From sequence record LR756500.1: a DNA stretch of 64,000 nt. One strand, written 5' to 3'. Positions 27,718 to 37,643 of this stretch are shown one piece after another. The translations under genes were made by a program, and so were the position numbers. The notes under the pieces were generated by a model. The model was not told the DNA's origin. It saw nothing but the letters and a program-made list of their open reading frames with translations, and did no database searches. The number at the start of each line of letters is the position of its first letter. Positions within the stretch are counted from its first letter, which is position 1.

Positions 27718-28334
27718 ATTAATGTAATATTATTTGCTTTATTTATATATTTTGTAAAATATGTTTTTTCCACAATAGATGAATGACTTTTATGATAAAT
27801 AGATCTAAATACATTTTTTTCATTTTGTTTAAAATTTTCAAAAAAATCAAATCCATATAAGTTTAATTCTAAAAAATTTATTCTAGTAACTAAAAAATTA
27901 AAAGTAGCAGCTCCAGTGGAAGGAATAAACATTATTTTAAAATCTTTTCTTCTAAATTCATCATAAAACTCTTTACTACATATATAAACGTTATTAAATA
28001 ATTCTAAAAGTTTATTCTCTCTATCTGAATATCCAGTTTTCGACCATCTACTTAATTGAAGAATATATTTAGCATTTGCAGCTTTACATAATCTAACAGC
28101 ATTGGAAACAGTATTCATTTGTGGAACAAATATATGTGTTTTTTCTCCTAATGCATTTTTATATTTTGGTAATGCATCTATAGAATAATTTAATCTTATT
28201 ATTATATCGTTTGAATCAATAGATTTTCCATTATTTTCATTTAATAATTTAGTTGAATTTCCAACCAAAGCTATTTTTTTTCCATTACAATATTCTTGTA
28301 TTTTTTCTAAAGGAATAGATATATTTTTATTCAT
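27714..28334 (-). CDS. GT29 (sialyltransferase-like) protein
   Basis: IALVGNS..L....G..IDS.D.IIRLN...G.KT (L-motif), PSTG, LYGFDF. Confidence 0.75.
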   Translation of the reverse strand: MNKNISIPLEKIQEYCNGKKIALVGNSTKLLNENNGKSIDSNDIIIRLNYSIDALPKYKNALGEKTHIFVPQMNTVSNAVRLCKAANAKYILQLSRWSKTGYSDRENKLLELFNNVYICSKEFYDEFRRKDFKIMFIPSTGAATFNFLVTRINFLELNLYGFDFFENFKQNEKNVFRSIYHKSHSSIVEKTYFTKYINKANNITLM

Positions 28335-28420
28335 ATGGTAATACTTGGTAATAGCATATTTTAATTAATATGGTAAATTATATATTATTTATGCATACAT
28401 CAAGATGCATTATATAAACA

Positions 28421-28450
28421 CCGAATGCTAACAATAATGTTAGCATTTGG
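28421..28450. terminator. Hairpin/terminator downstream of hsp20
   Basis: AATGCTAACA-ATAA-TGTTAGCATT 10-bp stem. Confidence 0.5.
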
Positions 28451-28473
28451 AATATTTTAAATTTTAAGCTATA

Positions 28474-28830
28474 TTATAAAATTTTTACTTTCTTTGATTT
28501 TAGTTTTTCTTTTAAAGGACATTTAATACTTAAAACTCCATTTTTTATAGAAGCCTCTATATTATCTAAATCTACGTCCCCTTTTACTTTAAATTTCTTT
28601 TCAAATTTCTTTTTTAAACCTATTTCTTCTCCAGAGTAAGAAATTAAAATAATATCACCTTCAGTTTTTAAATCTATATCCGATTTATCATATCCGGGAA
28701 TAAGTACATCTAAAATATAATAATCATCTTCTTTTTTAACTTCATATGAAGGTGAAGTTATTGTATTTACACTTGTTAAAAGTGAATTAAATAATTCATT
28801 TGCTAAATCATTAAATGTTGTTGTTGTCAT
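28474..28830 (-). CDS. Small heat-shock protein (Hsp20/alpha-crystallin)
   Basis: Y.L....PG..K.DI, F.K.F......D...I.A...NGVL.I..P. Confidence 0.9.
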   Translation of the reverse strand: MTTTTFNDLANELFNSLLTSVNTITSPSYEVKKEDDYYILDVLIPGYDKSDIDLKTEGDIILISYSGEEIGLKKKFEKKFKVKGDVDLDNIEASIKNGVLSIKCPLKEKLKSKKVKIL

Positions 28831-28863
28831 AATTTAAAATTTTTTATATTAATTTATAAAATA

Positions 28864-28937
28864 TATTCAAAAATTATACCAAAAGTATATTTTAATTTAA
28901 AAATGACTATTCGTCATATATTTGACAAAAATGACAA
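28864..28937 (-). promoter_or_regulatory. Candidate sigma54-like promoter (TGGTAT-N-TTTGA) with upstream TGAC/GTCA boxes
   Basis: GG at 28880-28879 followed by N10 then GA; TGACGAATAGTCA and TGTCATTTTTGTCA upstream on the minus strand. Confidence 0.35.
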
Positions 28938-28940
28938 ATT

Positions 28941-28973
28941 AAAATAGGAATCTAGATTATAAATTCCTATTTT
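28941..28973. terminator. Intrinsic terminator
   Basis: AAAATAGGAAT / ATTCCTATTTT inverted repeat right after ORF 28981-29238. Confidence 0.6.
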
Positions 28974-28980
28974 AAAGTTA

Positions 28981-29238
28981 TTATGCTTGTACTTCAGCAT
29001 TAACTACTGGAGTTGAAGCTTCTGCTTCTTTTCTTGGTTTAAATACTCTAACTGCTTTAGATACTAATTCAGCATCTTCTAACGAATATACACCAGCTTT
29101 TTGAGCAAGTGATGCTCCTTGAATTAAAATACCAATTGCTTGTTCTTGAGTTAACTCATCTTTAAAAGGATCAAATTGTTTTTCTTTACTTTCCATAATT
29201 TTAAAATTTTTATTTGTAATTACATTTATTATATGCAA
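28981..29238 (-). CDS. Hypothetical protein (true start probably MESKEKQF)
   Basis: A TAGGTTTG promoter element (29236-29243) overlaps the annotated start. Confidence 0.6.
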   Translation of the reverse strand: MHIINVITNKNFKIMESKEKQFDPFKDELTQEQAIGILIQGASLAQKAGVYSLEDAELVSKAVRVFKPRKEAEASTPVVNAEVQA

Positions 29239-29256
29239 ACCTAATTATAAGTTTCA

Positions 29257-30345
29257 TTAAATATTTTTAATTATTATTTTAGATATATATTCAACATCAT
29301 TTTCAGTTAGTTCAGAATACATTGGTATAGCTAATACTTCTTTTGACAAATTTAATGCAATTGGCATTTCTATATTTCCATAAAGTTTTTTAATTAATGT
29401 AAATTCTGAACATATAGGATAAAAATAAGGTCTACTTGATACATTTTTAACTAATAAATCATTTTTAATTTTATCTCTATTTGGATGTTTAATTATCATA
29501 TAGATATAATTATAATGAATATTTTTATTATCATATTTGGTAAATATTATATCATTTGGAAGATATTTTTTATAAAACTCAAATACATTCTTTCTTTTTG
29601 ATATTATTAAATCCAAATCATCTAATATACATAAACCCATAGATGCTTGAAATTCATTCATTTTACCGTTTGTTCCTGGATATATTACGTCATATTCTTC
29701 ATTAAATCCAAAGTTACTGAATAGTTTAGATATTCTAAATATTTCTGGATTATTAAATGTAATTAATCCTCCTTCTATTGTATGAAATACTTTTGTAGCA
29801 TGAGTTGAAAAAACAGAAACATCTCCAAAATTACCTATACCAATATTATTAATAGTAACTCCAAACATATGAGCTGAATCATATATTGTATACAAATCAT
29901 ATTTTTTAGCAATAATTTCTATCTTTTCTATATCTACAGGATTACCATAAATATGAACTGGTAATATAGCAGCTGTATTTTTTGTTATTTTTTCTTCTAT
30001 TTTATTAATATCTATATTACCATCATTAATGTTAACATCAATAAATATAGGAATATTTCCAGAATTAATAATAGATGTTATGGTTGCAGCAAATGTAAAA
30101 GGAGTAGTTATTATTTCTTTTCCTTTTATTCCTAAAATAGAAATAGTAGCTTCTAAAGATGTTGTTCCATTTAAAAAAGGATACACATAATTTACACCTA
30201 AATAATTTTTAGCAGAATTAATATATTCATTATGAATAGGACCAAAATTAGTAAGCCAAGATTCTTTCCAAATTCTATTTAAATATTTAATATATTTCTT
30301 TTTATCAGGTAAATAAGGTTTAACTACAGGTATATGTTTTTTCAT
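29257..30345 (-). CDS. DegT/DnrJ/EryC1/StrS PLP aminotransferase (VioA-like NDP-4-keto-sugar aminotransferase)
   Basis: LTNFGP, NGT..L, TPFTF.AT, PVH.YGNP, YDSAH.FG, SFHATK-like STHATKVFHTIEGG, NGKMNEFQA. Confidence 0.92.
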   Translation of the reverse strand: MKKHIPVVKPYLPDKKKYIKYLNRIWKESWLTNFGPIHNEYINSAKNYLGVNYVYPFLNGTTSLEATISILGIKGKEIITTPFTFAATITSIINSGNIPIFIDVNINDGNIDINKIEEKITKNTAAILPVHIYGNPVDIEKIEIIAKKYDLYTIYDSAHMFGVTINNIGIGNFGDVSVFSTHATKVFHTIEGGLITFNNPEIFRISKLFSNFGFNEEYDVIYPGTNGKMNEFQASMGLCILDDLDLIISKRKNVFEFYKKYLPNDIIFTKYDNKNIHYNYIYMIIKHPNRDKIKNDLLVKNVSSRPYFYPICSEFTLIKKLYGNIEMPIALNLSKEVLAIPMYSELTENDVEYISKIIIKNI

Positions 30346-31265
30346 TATAAAATTTTATCACCAGTTGAATTAATAATTTTCCTTTTTGGAACTGTTTGTT
30401 TAATATCTTTTTTTAATTCTTCAGCGGTTTTATCTAACTCTTTTTCAAAATTTGATTTCTTCTTTTGATTATCTAATTCTTTTTTTATGTCTTCTAATTC
30501 TTTTTCAAATTTTGTTTTTTCTTCTTCGTATTTATTTTTATCTTTAAAATTAGAATTTTTTAAATTGTTAATAGTATCTATATGATCCTTTTCTTTTTCT
30601 TCTAACTCTTTAATTTTTATATGCTTTTCTTCTAACTCTTGTTGAATTTTATCATCTATTACGGATTGTAACTCATTTGTTAAATTTTTAGTAATTTCTT
30701 CTTCTTTATCTAATCCATATTCTTTCGATAATACTTCAATATTATTATCGTTAATTTCTTTTATTTTTTTATCTATAATATCTTCTCTTTTGTTTAATTC
30801 ATCATTTTTATCGGATTGTTTATCTGGTCTAATATAATCAACAAGTGATTTTATAAAGCCTAAAGCAACTATTGGTAATAAAGCACCTGATACTATTGCT
30901 AAAATTCTTTTTTGTAAAATTAATTCTAAATTATTTAATCCGAAAAGTTCAATCCATGCTTGAAAATTTATAACATTAACATAAGCAAAATAGGTATTAC
31001 CCATCATTTGAACAAGTGTTAAAAGAATAAATAAAAACCATATAAGATTTTTATTCATTTTATCTAATATAATTAATGATGCTAATGATGCTGCTGCTCC
31101 AATTTCGAAAGCAATAGCTAAACTTACAGATAACCAATACGGATTAGATAAAGCAAAAAAATCTATTACGTGAATAGTGGATATAACGCTCACAATAATA
31201 TAGAGAAATACAAATATTCCAATTACTGAATAATGAACTATATTGTGTTTTTTATTTAATTCCAT
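30345..31265 (-). CDS. Four-TM membrane protein with coiled-coil tail
   Basis: Four hydrophobic helices followed by a Lys/Glu-rich coil. Confidence 0.7.
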   Translation of the reverse strand: MELNKKHNIVHYSVIGIFVFLYIIVSVISTIHVIDFFALSNPYWLSVSLAIAFEIGAAASLASLIILDKMNKNLIWFLFILLTLVQMMGNTYFAYVNVINFQAWIELFGLNNLELILQKRILAIVSGALLPIVALGFIKSLVDYIRPDKQSDKNDELNKREDIIDKKIKEINDNNIEVLSKEYGLDKEEEITKNLTNELQSVIDDKIQQELEEKHIKIKELEEKEKDHIDTINNLKNSNFKDKNKYEEEKTKFEKELEDIKKELDNQKKKSNFEKELDKTAEELKKDIKQTVPKRKIINSTGDKIL

Positions 31266-31748
31266 TTAGTTATCCTCCTGACTTCTCAAGTATCTTTCTA
31301 TTCTTGATATTTTTATTTTACCTATAGATAAACATCCAATAGTTCTTATATTAGAAGGTTTATTATCTATTTGATTAAATGTTAATCTAATTTCTGCATA
31401 TAATCCTCCCATCATCATATTACTTGTCATTTCAGATGTTAAAGGTAATAATATTTTTCCTTGATTTTCTATACTAGAAGTTGATTCAAATTGTAATATT
31501 TGAATTTCATCAGTTACAAACGAATCTGTTGGATATTTAAACAAATTAGTTACTTCATCTCTATCATCGAAAAGAGCTATAAATATTTCAGAAACATTAT
31601 TTAAATCTAATAATGTCCCATCAGGATTAGTTAATTGTATGCTAATCTCAGTATCAGAACCTTGATAAATATTTTCAACACATGGTATAGAAGCAGTAAA
31701 AGATTTACAAGATGCACTACCACTACATTTAATTAAATCATTTGACAT
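31266..31748 (-). CDS. Hypothetical, possibly structural beta-sandwich protein
   Basis: IYQG.DT.I.I.L.N.DG..LDL pattern seen in baseplate-associated Ig-like domains. Confidence 0.5.
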   Translation of the reverse strand: MSNDLIKCSGSASCKSFTASIPCVENIYQGSDTEISIQLTNPDGTLLDLNNVSEIFIALFDDRDEVTNLFKYPTDSFVTDEIQILQFESTSSIENQGKILLPLTSEMTSNMMMGGLYAEIRLTFNQIDNKPSNIRTIGCLSIGKIKISRIERYLRSQEDN

Positions 31749-31755
31749 TATCTAT

Positions 31756-32094
31756 TTATTTTTTTATTATTGTATAATAGTCTTTAATTGTATAAGAATT
31801 ATATTCTGGTTTATCAGCTTGTCTTTCCCAATATAAAAATTTAGCAGTTTGTTCGTCATCATTTTCTTGAAATTTCACCGGTAAACTATCTACAATATTT
31901 TTATATTCTAATACAACATCATCTAATGAATCAATTTCATTCTTTAAAACTATTAATTCTTTTCTCATTAAAGTATTTTCACTATTATGAGAGCATGAAT
32001 TACAAGTATTTATTAATGTTAAAAAAAACATTCCAAATATAGAATATATTAGCCATTTAGCGGCTAAATCATGTAAAAATTTCATATTTTTCAT
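31756..32094 (-). CDS. Membrane/lipoprotein-like protein (possible spanin-like)
   Basis: N-terminal hydrophobic helix, CNSC, coiled coil. Confidence 0.45.
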   Translation of the reverse strand: MKNMKFLHDLAAKWLIYSIFGMFFLTLINTCNSCSHNSENTLMRKELIVLKNEIDSLDDVVLEYKNIVDSLPVKFQENDDEQTAKFLYWERQADKPEYNSYTIKDYYTIIKK

Positions 32095-32129
32095 TTTAAT
32101 TTATTTGTTTTTAATTATATATATAATAT

Positions 32130-32693
32130 TCAATTTGTTTCGTTTTTAACATGAAACACTTCTATTTTAATATTAAATTTAGATTCTAATTTCTTTACTT
32201 CATCTAAGTTTCTAATATCATCATCATAATAAATAAATTCTTTATATCCCTTATCTATTAATTCAATAAAAGCTTGCTTTTTCTTTAATGCAGTATTGCC
32301 ATTATATTTAATATTACCAACTGCATAAATCATATCAAAGGGAATATCAAATCCTAATGTATTTAAATAAGTTTTAACTAATATACTATCAGCTCTTGCT
32401 GTAATAATAGCAATTGGTTTATTATTATTATAATCTTCTCTAAATATATTTACTATTTTTGTATTAATACTTCCTTTAATAAGATAATCAATTTCATTAA
32501 ATTGATTCAAATCTAATTCTTCATTATCTTTAAGCTGTAAATTTGTAAATTCTGCTGATGTTAATTCTTTAATAATTTTGCCCGTTAATTTATCTTTAAT
32601 TAATGCCTTTGCAGAACTGTATACTATACAATCATCTAAATCGAAAATTGTAATTTTATAATTCCAATCTTGATACATTTCTAAAAGTTCCAT
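32130..32693 (-). CDS. HAD-superfamily phosphatase
   Basis: IFDLDDCI, IITAR, K, YYDDD..NL. Confidence 0.75.
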   Translation of the reverse strand: MELLEMYQDWNYKITIFDLDDCIVYSSAKALIKDKLTGKIIKELTSAEFTNLQLKDNEELDLNQFNEIDYLIKGSINTKIVNIFREDYNNNKPIAIITARADSILVKTYLNTLGFDIPFDMIYAVGNIKYNGNTALKKKQAFIELIDKGYKEFIYYDDDIRNLDEVKKLESKFNIKIEVFHVKNETN

Positions 32694-32705
32694 TTATTTA
32701 TTTTA

Positions 32706-33437
32706 TTAATTTATTTTATATTTTTTATGATATTCAATAACTCCATTCATAAAATCTTTAAAATATTTTTTAATTTCATTTTTTGAAACTGTAAATATTT
32801 GAGGAGTATAATCTTGTTCATTACTGATCCATATTTCTGCATGTGATGGTAATTTTCCAGTCATTTTATAGTATGCAACATAATAAGCTGAAAGTTGCAT
32901 TTTATAATTATCTACCCATTCATATTGTTTAGGTTTTTTACTAGTTTTAAAATCACAAATAACGTGATTATCTAATGAATCTGCATATATTAAATCTACT
33001 CTACCGGCGTATCCTCCACCCATAAAATTATAAAGCATTTTTTCTTGGATTATAACCTCTTTAACTTTATCAAATATTTGAGCATTATAAAAATTAAAAA
33101 ATAATTTTCTTCCAACTTCTATTTCGTCTGGAGTAAATCCTTCATTAATTCCCCATATTGAAGTTTTTTCTAAAGTATCTAAAAGCTTATCTTTTTTATT
33201 TTTTAAAGTACTACTTAAATAATTTTCATTAAACATGTGCATGCATGTTCCTCTATTTGCAGAAAATTTTGAAATAGCATTTGCCTTTTCTTCACCTATT
33301 CTTTTTTTCCAATCATCTAACCACTTGTCATCACTCATTGAACTTATTATAGTTGTAACACTTGGTAAATAATTAATTTGGTCGTCAGTTTTTACTATAT
33401 AGTGACGACCCCCATTTATTGTAACTGTATCAGACAT
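32706..33437 (-). CDS. Cas4-like PD-(D/E)xK exonuclease
   Basis: LPSVTTII, RGT.MH, YAGRVDL, DFKTS.K, Y..QLSAY. Confidence 0.88.
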   Translation of the reverse strand: MSDTVTINGGRHYIVKTDDQINYLPSVTTIISSMSDDKWLDDWKKRIGEEKANAISKFSANRGTCMHMFNENYLSSTLKNKKDKLLDTLEKTSIWGINEGFTPDEIEVGRKLFFNFYNAQIFDKVKEVIIQEKMLYNFMGGGYAGRVDLIYADSLDNHVICDFKTSKKPKQYEWVDNYKMQLSAYYVAYYKMTGKLPSHAEIWISNEQDYTPQIFTVSKNEIKKYFKDFMNGVIEYHKKYKIN

Positions 33438-33873
33438 TCTTAAAAAATTGAGTAATATAATCTATAACATTATTATCTATTATAGCAGTTATTAAAAATT
33501 TAGAAATAAAAAATATAACTGTCCATAATATAGTATTAAATAATATTTTTCTAAAACTTATATAAAATCTGCTTCCTTCTAAAACTAATAAATATGAATC
33601 AGTTCCATCTATTTTTTCAAATGTCGGATATATTAATTCAGTTAAATTTAATTTTAAAAGTATTGCATCATAATCTCTTAATTTAGAAAGTACATATGAC
33701 TCTTGAGATAATGGTTGAGATGCTATTTCTTCAGGCAAATTAATAACAGTATACATTCTTCCAAATGGATCAACTCTTATTTTATTTTCTTCTAAAAACT
33801 TTATATTTTTTTTTGTAGTCTTTTTTATAATTAACCAGTAATTAATTTCTTTAAATAAATTTATAAAATACAT
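33430..33873 (-). CDS. Conserved hypothetical membrane protein
   Basis: R.D..GR.YTVINLP; C-terminal TM helix. Confidence 0.65.
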   Translation of the reverse strand: MYFINLFKEINYWLIIKKTTKKNIKFLEENKIRVDPFGRMYTVINLPEEIASQPLSQESYVLSKLRDYDAILLKLNLTELIYPTFEKIDGTDSYLLVLEGSRFYISFRKILFNTILWTVIFFISKFLITAIIDNNVIDYITQFFKNV

Positions 33874-34241
33874 TATAATTCTCCTTTATAATTTTGCTCC
33901 TCTTGACCTAATAATCTTTGGAATTCAGTTTCATCGGCATCGATTTGCATTCGTAAATGTTCTATTTCTTTTTTTAAATCATTCTTTTCTTGAAAATCTT
34001 TATATGTAAGATTTAAGAATTTTTCTCTAAGCTTTAAATGATTTTCAATATTTGCTTTATGTTTATAAAATAATTCTTTTAATGGATTAGAATGTTTTTT
34101 AGTAGAATCAAATTTACCACTAAAACTATCTTTTTTAGAAGGTTCTGACTTTTTCTCAACCTTAATTTTTAAATTTTTTTCAGCATTTGAAACATTTTCT
34201 TCAAAAATATAATCTTCATATTTTGGTACTAATTCGTTCAT
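33873..34241 (-). CDS. Hypothetical protein
   Basis: 122-aa ORF. Confidence 0.6.
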   Translation of the reverse strand: MNELVPKYEDYIFEENVSNAEKNLKIKVEKKSEPSKKDSFSGKFDSTKKHSNPLKELFYKHKANIENHLKLREKFLNLTYKDFQEKNDLKKEIEHLRMQIDADETEFQRLLGQEEQNYKGEL

Positions 34242-34445
34242 AATATATTATTTTTTAATATATATTTGTTTTTATGATTATTTTTTGATATATAAATTAA
34301 ATAAGAAATTTGTGGAATAGATATTATTTAAATTAAATAATAAAAAGTAGTCAATAATTCTTAAAAAGATAATTGATAATAGGTTTATAGTATAACCTTT
34401 AATGATTAATATCTTATAAATAATACTATATCATAGTAATTTTAA

Positions 34446-35207
34446 TTACACTAACTCTATTCCCATAATTTCTGATAATATTTTACGGCCTCTTGCTATT
34501 CTATTTTTAACTGTTTGTTCTGTAATCATATTCTTTTTAATTTCATCTCTTTCAGATTTAAGAGTATTAAATAAAGTTTTATCTCCATTCGTATATGCTA
34601 CTTTTATTTTATCACATAAATCATTATATTTAGATTTATATTCTTCATTAAATTTTTCTTCTATTTGTCTATAACTTAAACCATTAAGGAATCGTTCTAC
34701 CATTATACATTTATAAATAGGTTTTAAATTATGTATTGCATCTAGTAATTTACTGTATTGATCATCTTTTTCATTTTGTTCTTTTTCATAATCACTATCA
34801 TCTTTAATTTCATCAATATCATGTTCATAAAAATCTGTAAAATTTCTATCTTTTTTACCAATTTCTGAATTATCAGTATTCTCACTAACTTCATATCCAT
34901 ATGATAAAGATACTCTTGAATTTCTTTCTCTTATAAATTGAATTGAATCATGATATGCTATAGTATATAGCCAAGTAGTTATTTGATATGTTTTATCGTA
35001 TTCATCAATTCTAGTATATAATTTAAACATTGTATTAGAAACCACGTCGTTCGCTGCATCTTCATCTTGAACTATTTTTAAAACATAATTTCTTATATTT
35101 GGATATATTTTTTCATATAAATTTTTAAATGCCTCATCACTACGAGTAGTATAAAATTCATTTGCTAATTCAGCATAAGTTACTTTTGATAAATCTAATT
35201 TTGCCAT
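34446..35207 (-). CDS. ECF-like RNA polymerase sigma-70 factor
   Basis: AF..LY.......V......D.D.A.DVVS.T..K....I..YD......TWLY.IA (region 2); LSY.QI and TVKNRIARGR (region 4). Confidence 0.88.
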   Translation of the reverse strand: MAKLDLSKVTYAELANEFYTTRSDEAFKNLYEKIYPNIRNYVLKIVQDEDAANDVVSNTMFKLYTRIDEYDKTYQITTWLYTIAYHDSIQFIRERNSRVSLSYGYEVSENTDNSEIGKKDRNFTDFYEHDIDEIKDDSDYEKEQNEKDDQYSKLLDAIHNLKPIYKCIMVERFLNGLSYRQIEEKFNEEYKSKYNDLCDKIKVAYTNGDKTLFNTLKSERDEIKKNMITEQTVKNRIARGRKILSEIMGIELV

Positions 35208-35236
35208 ATAATTTGCCTTTTTATTGTTATAAAAAT

Positions 35237-35767
35237 TTATAACGTTTGTTTATATTCATTAATTAATTCTTTTATTGTATCTATTTCAACAGGAGCTAAA
35301 TTCCAACAATCTGCGCATACATTAATTCTATTTTCATTTGCTTTATGCGGAAAATCTTTATAATTATGACCGTGAAAATGGAATATTCCATCTTCTTTTC
35401 CATTCCAGTATTCAAGAGGCCAATGACATAAAATAGCTTTTAATTTAGGTAATTCAATTATTTGATCATCATACATTTTTACATTATCATATAATTGAGC
35501 AGATTCTTTTAAAGCTTTATCTGTATTACCGTTTAAAAAATAAATTTTACCTTTTAATTTGCCTAGCATAATATTTGCTATAAAAGGATCCCATGCAAAA
35601 TTTCCTAAATGATAAACTATATCATTATCTTTAACTTTATCGTTCCATAATTTAGTCATTTTTTCATCCATTTCTTCAACTGATTTAAATGGTCTTTTAG
35701 CATGATTAATAATGTTCTTACGACCAAACATCGTATCGGAAGTAAGAAATATTTTAGTTTTACTCAT
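35237..35767 (-). CDS. Calcineurin-like metallophosphoesterase
   Basis: TSDT.FG..NII, WN..V..D.VYHLG.F, GN.D, LCH.P, HFHGH. Confidence 0.85.
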   Translation of the reverse strand: MSKTKIFLTSDTMFGRKNIINHAKRPFKSVEEMDEKMTKLWNDKVKDNDIVYHLGNFAWDPFIANIMLGKLKGKIYFLNGNTDKALKESAQLYDNVKMYDDQIIELPKLKAILCHWPLEYWNGKEDGIFHFHGHNYKDFPHKANENRINVCADCWNLAPVEIDTIKELINEYKQTL

Positions 35768-35769
35768 AA

Positions 35770-36750
35770 TTATCCAAATAATTTAATTTTAATTTGTTTT
35801 TCAGGAGTATTTTCTCCATAATATTCATCATGCCAATCATTAACTAAAGAAAAATCAAATTTGTCAAAATAATCATGTATTTCGCGTTCTTGAAAATTAG
35901 ATAATGAAGTTATTGATTTTTTAAACACTTGTTGTTTATAACTTTTATGCGTTATAACTAATGGCCATTTTTCTTGAAATAAATCATATTCTTTTTTTCT
36001 TATTTCCATTCTTCTATCTCCACCAATTGAACCTTTAGAATTATTAACATTATCTAAAGTTTCAAACTTTCTTTTTCCGTCTTCAAAATTTATTGTTGAC
36101 ATCGGTATAGTATGCATAAATGAAAAATACCTACTAATAATTAAAGGTAAAAATTTATGAGATGCAACCTGCATAGTAAAATCTGTATCTGATCTAAAAT
36201 TTTCAAATCTATTATCATAATTACATTTTTTAGCCACTTTAGTATTTATTATTACTAATTGAGCAGGATTTGAATATAAATTTATATAATTCTTTTGTTG
36301 TTTAGAAAAATGATGTATACTAATAGATGGAACTGTAACTAATCCTATTCTATCTAAGTCTGTTTTCATAACATGTTCTAAAGCTAATAATGTAGGATTA
36401 GATTCAAAAGTTTGTGAATGTTTAACATCATCATCATGATGAATATAATAATCTCCTAATGTACAACCCCAATCTTTAAGATATTTAAATGTATTAATTA
36501 TACCCATTCTAGTTGGATACCATTTAAATTCAACTTGTTTAAATTTTTCAACTAAATATTTTTTATCTTCATCTGAATATTCTTGTCCTAACACATGAAC
36601 ATTTGTTGCATTATAATGTTTAAATAAATTATCTAAACATGCATCAATCATTAACGTTTCTTTCTTATGTTTAGTATATCTTTTTAAAGATGGAATCATT
36701 ATAACTCCATTATATTCAAATCTATCATTTATTTTATTAGACATAATCAA
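35770..36750 (-). CDS. GT-A glycosyltransferase, TAGT / T2-T6 glucosyl-hmC glucosyltransferase-like
   Basis: YIHHDDDV, ..DTDFTMQV, S.GG, L.EKWP motifs. Confidence 0.6.
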   Translation of the reverse strand: MIMSNKINDRFEYNGVIMIPSLKRYTKHKKETLMIDACLDNLFKHYNATNVHVLGQEYSDEDKKYLVEKFKQVEFKWYPTRMGIINTFKYLKDWGCTLGDYYIHHDDDVKHSQTFESNPTLLALEHVMKTDLDRIGLVTVPSISIHHFSKQQKNYINLYSNPAQLVIINTKVAKKCNYDNRFENFRSDTDFTMQVASHKFLPLIISRYFSFMHTIPMSTINFEDGKRKFETLDNVNNSKGSIGGDRRMEIRKKEYDLFQEKWPLVITHKSYKQQVFKKSITSLSNFQEREIHDYFDKFDFSLVNDWHDEYYGENTPEKQIKIKLFG

Positions 36751-36958
36751 TCAATATTTTAGTTTTATGTTTTAAATTAATTTCTTCTTCAAATGATCTA
36801 TATTGAAACCAATAATCTCCAAAAGATTTTTCTTGACCTTCCTTCCAATTCATTTCTATATGTATAATATCATTTATTTCATTTATATTTTTTATACACA
36901 ATAAAGGATATTGTTTTACTAACTCTGATATATTTTCTATTAATTTATTATTTTTCAT
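36737..36958 (-). CDS. Hypothetical protein
   Basis: 73-aa ORF. Confidence 0.5.
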   Translation of the reverse strand: MKNNKLIENISELVKQYPLLCIKNINEINDIIHIEMNWKEGQEKSFGDYWFQYRSFEEEINLKHKTKILIDYV

Positions 36959-37643
36959 CTTTAATCAGTTTAATAAATTCATTTATTCCTTCAGTTGCTT
37001 TACTTTCAATTTTATTTATATACGCATAACCACCTACATTAGGAGTAGGATCAATATAATAAATAGGTTTTAAATCATTAACATATTGTAATAAAGTAGC
37101 AGCTGGATAAACTTGTAATGTTGTTCCAATAATTAAAAAAATATCAGCAGATTTAACAATATTCATAGCATCAGATAATAATGGAACACCCTCTCCAAAC
37201 CAAACTACAGCTGGCCTATATTCATTTAATTTAGAATTAGATAATTCTAAATATCCTATATTTATCCATTTAGAATTATCCATATCATCTTCATATTTTC
37301 GTATTTTTCTTAATTCACCATGAAGATGTAATATGTTTTTACTACCAGCTCTTTCGTGTAAATCATCCACATTTTGTGTTATAATAAATACATTATAATC
37401 TTTTTCTAATTCAACTAATTTAATATGACATTCATTTGGATGTACATTTGCTAATTCAGCTCTTACCGAATTATAAAAGGAATTCATTTCTTCTCTAATA
37501 GAATTCCATCCATTAATAGATGCATAAACTTCTGGATCATATTTTTCCCAAAGTCCACCTTTATCTCGATATGTAGGAATTCCGCTTTCTTGTGAAACAC
37601 CAGCTCCTGTAAATACTACTAAATTTTTCTTATTTTTTCCCAT
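36948..37643 (-). CDS. cobB: Sir2/CobB NAD-dependent deacylase
   Basis: FTGAGVSQESGIPTYRD, TQNVDDLHERAGS, HLHGEL, RPAVVWFGE, IGTTLQVYPAA. Confidence 0.95.
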   Translation of the reverse strand: MGKNKKNLVVFTGAGVSQESGIPTYRDKGGLWEKYDPEVYASINGWNSIREEMNSFYNSVRAELANVHPNECHIKLVELEKDYNVFIITQNVDDLHERAGSKNILHLHGELRKIRKYEDDMDNSKWINIGYLELSNSKLNEYRPAVVWFGEGVPLLSDAMNIVKSADIFLIIGTTLQVYPAATLLQYVNDLKPIYYIDPTPNVGGYAYINKIESKATEGINEFIKLIKDEK

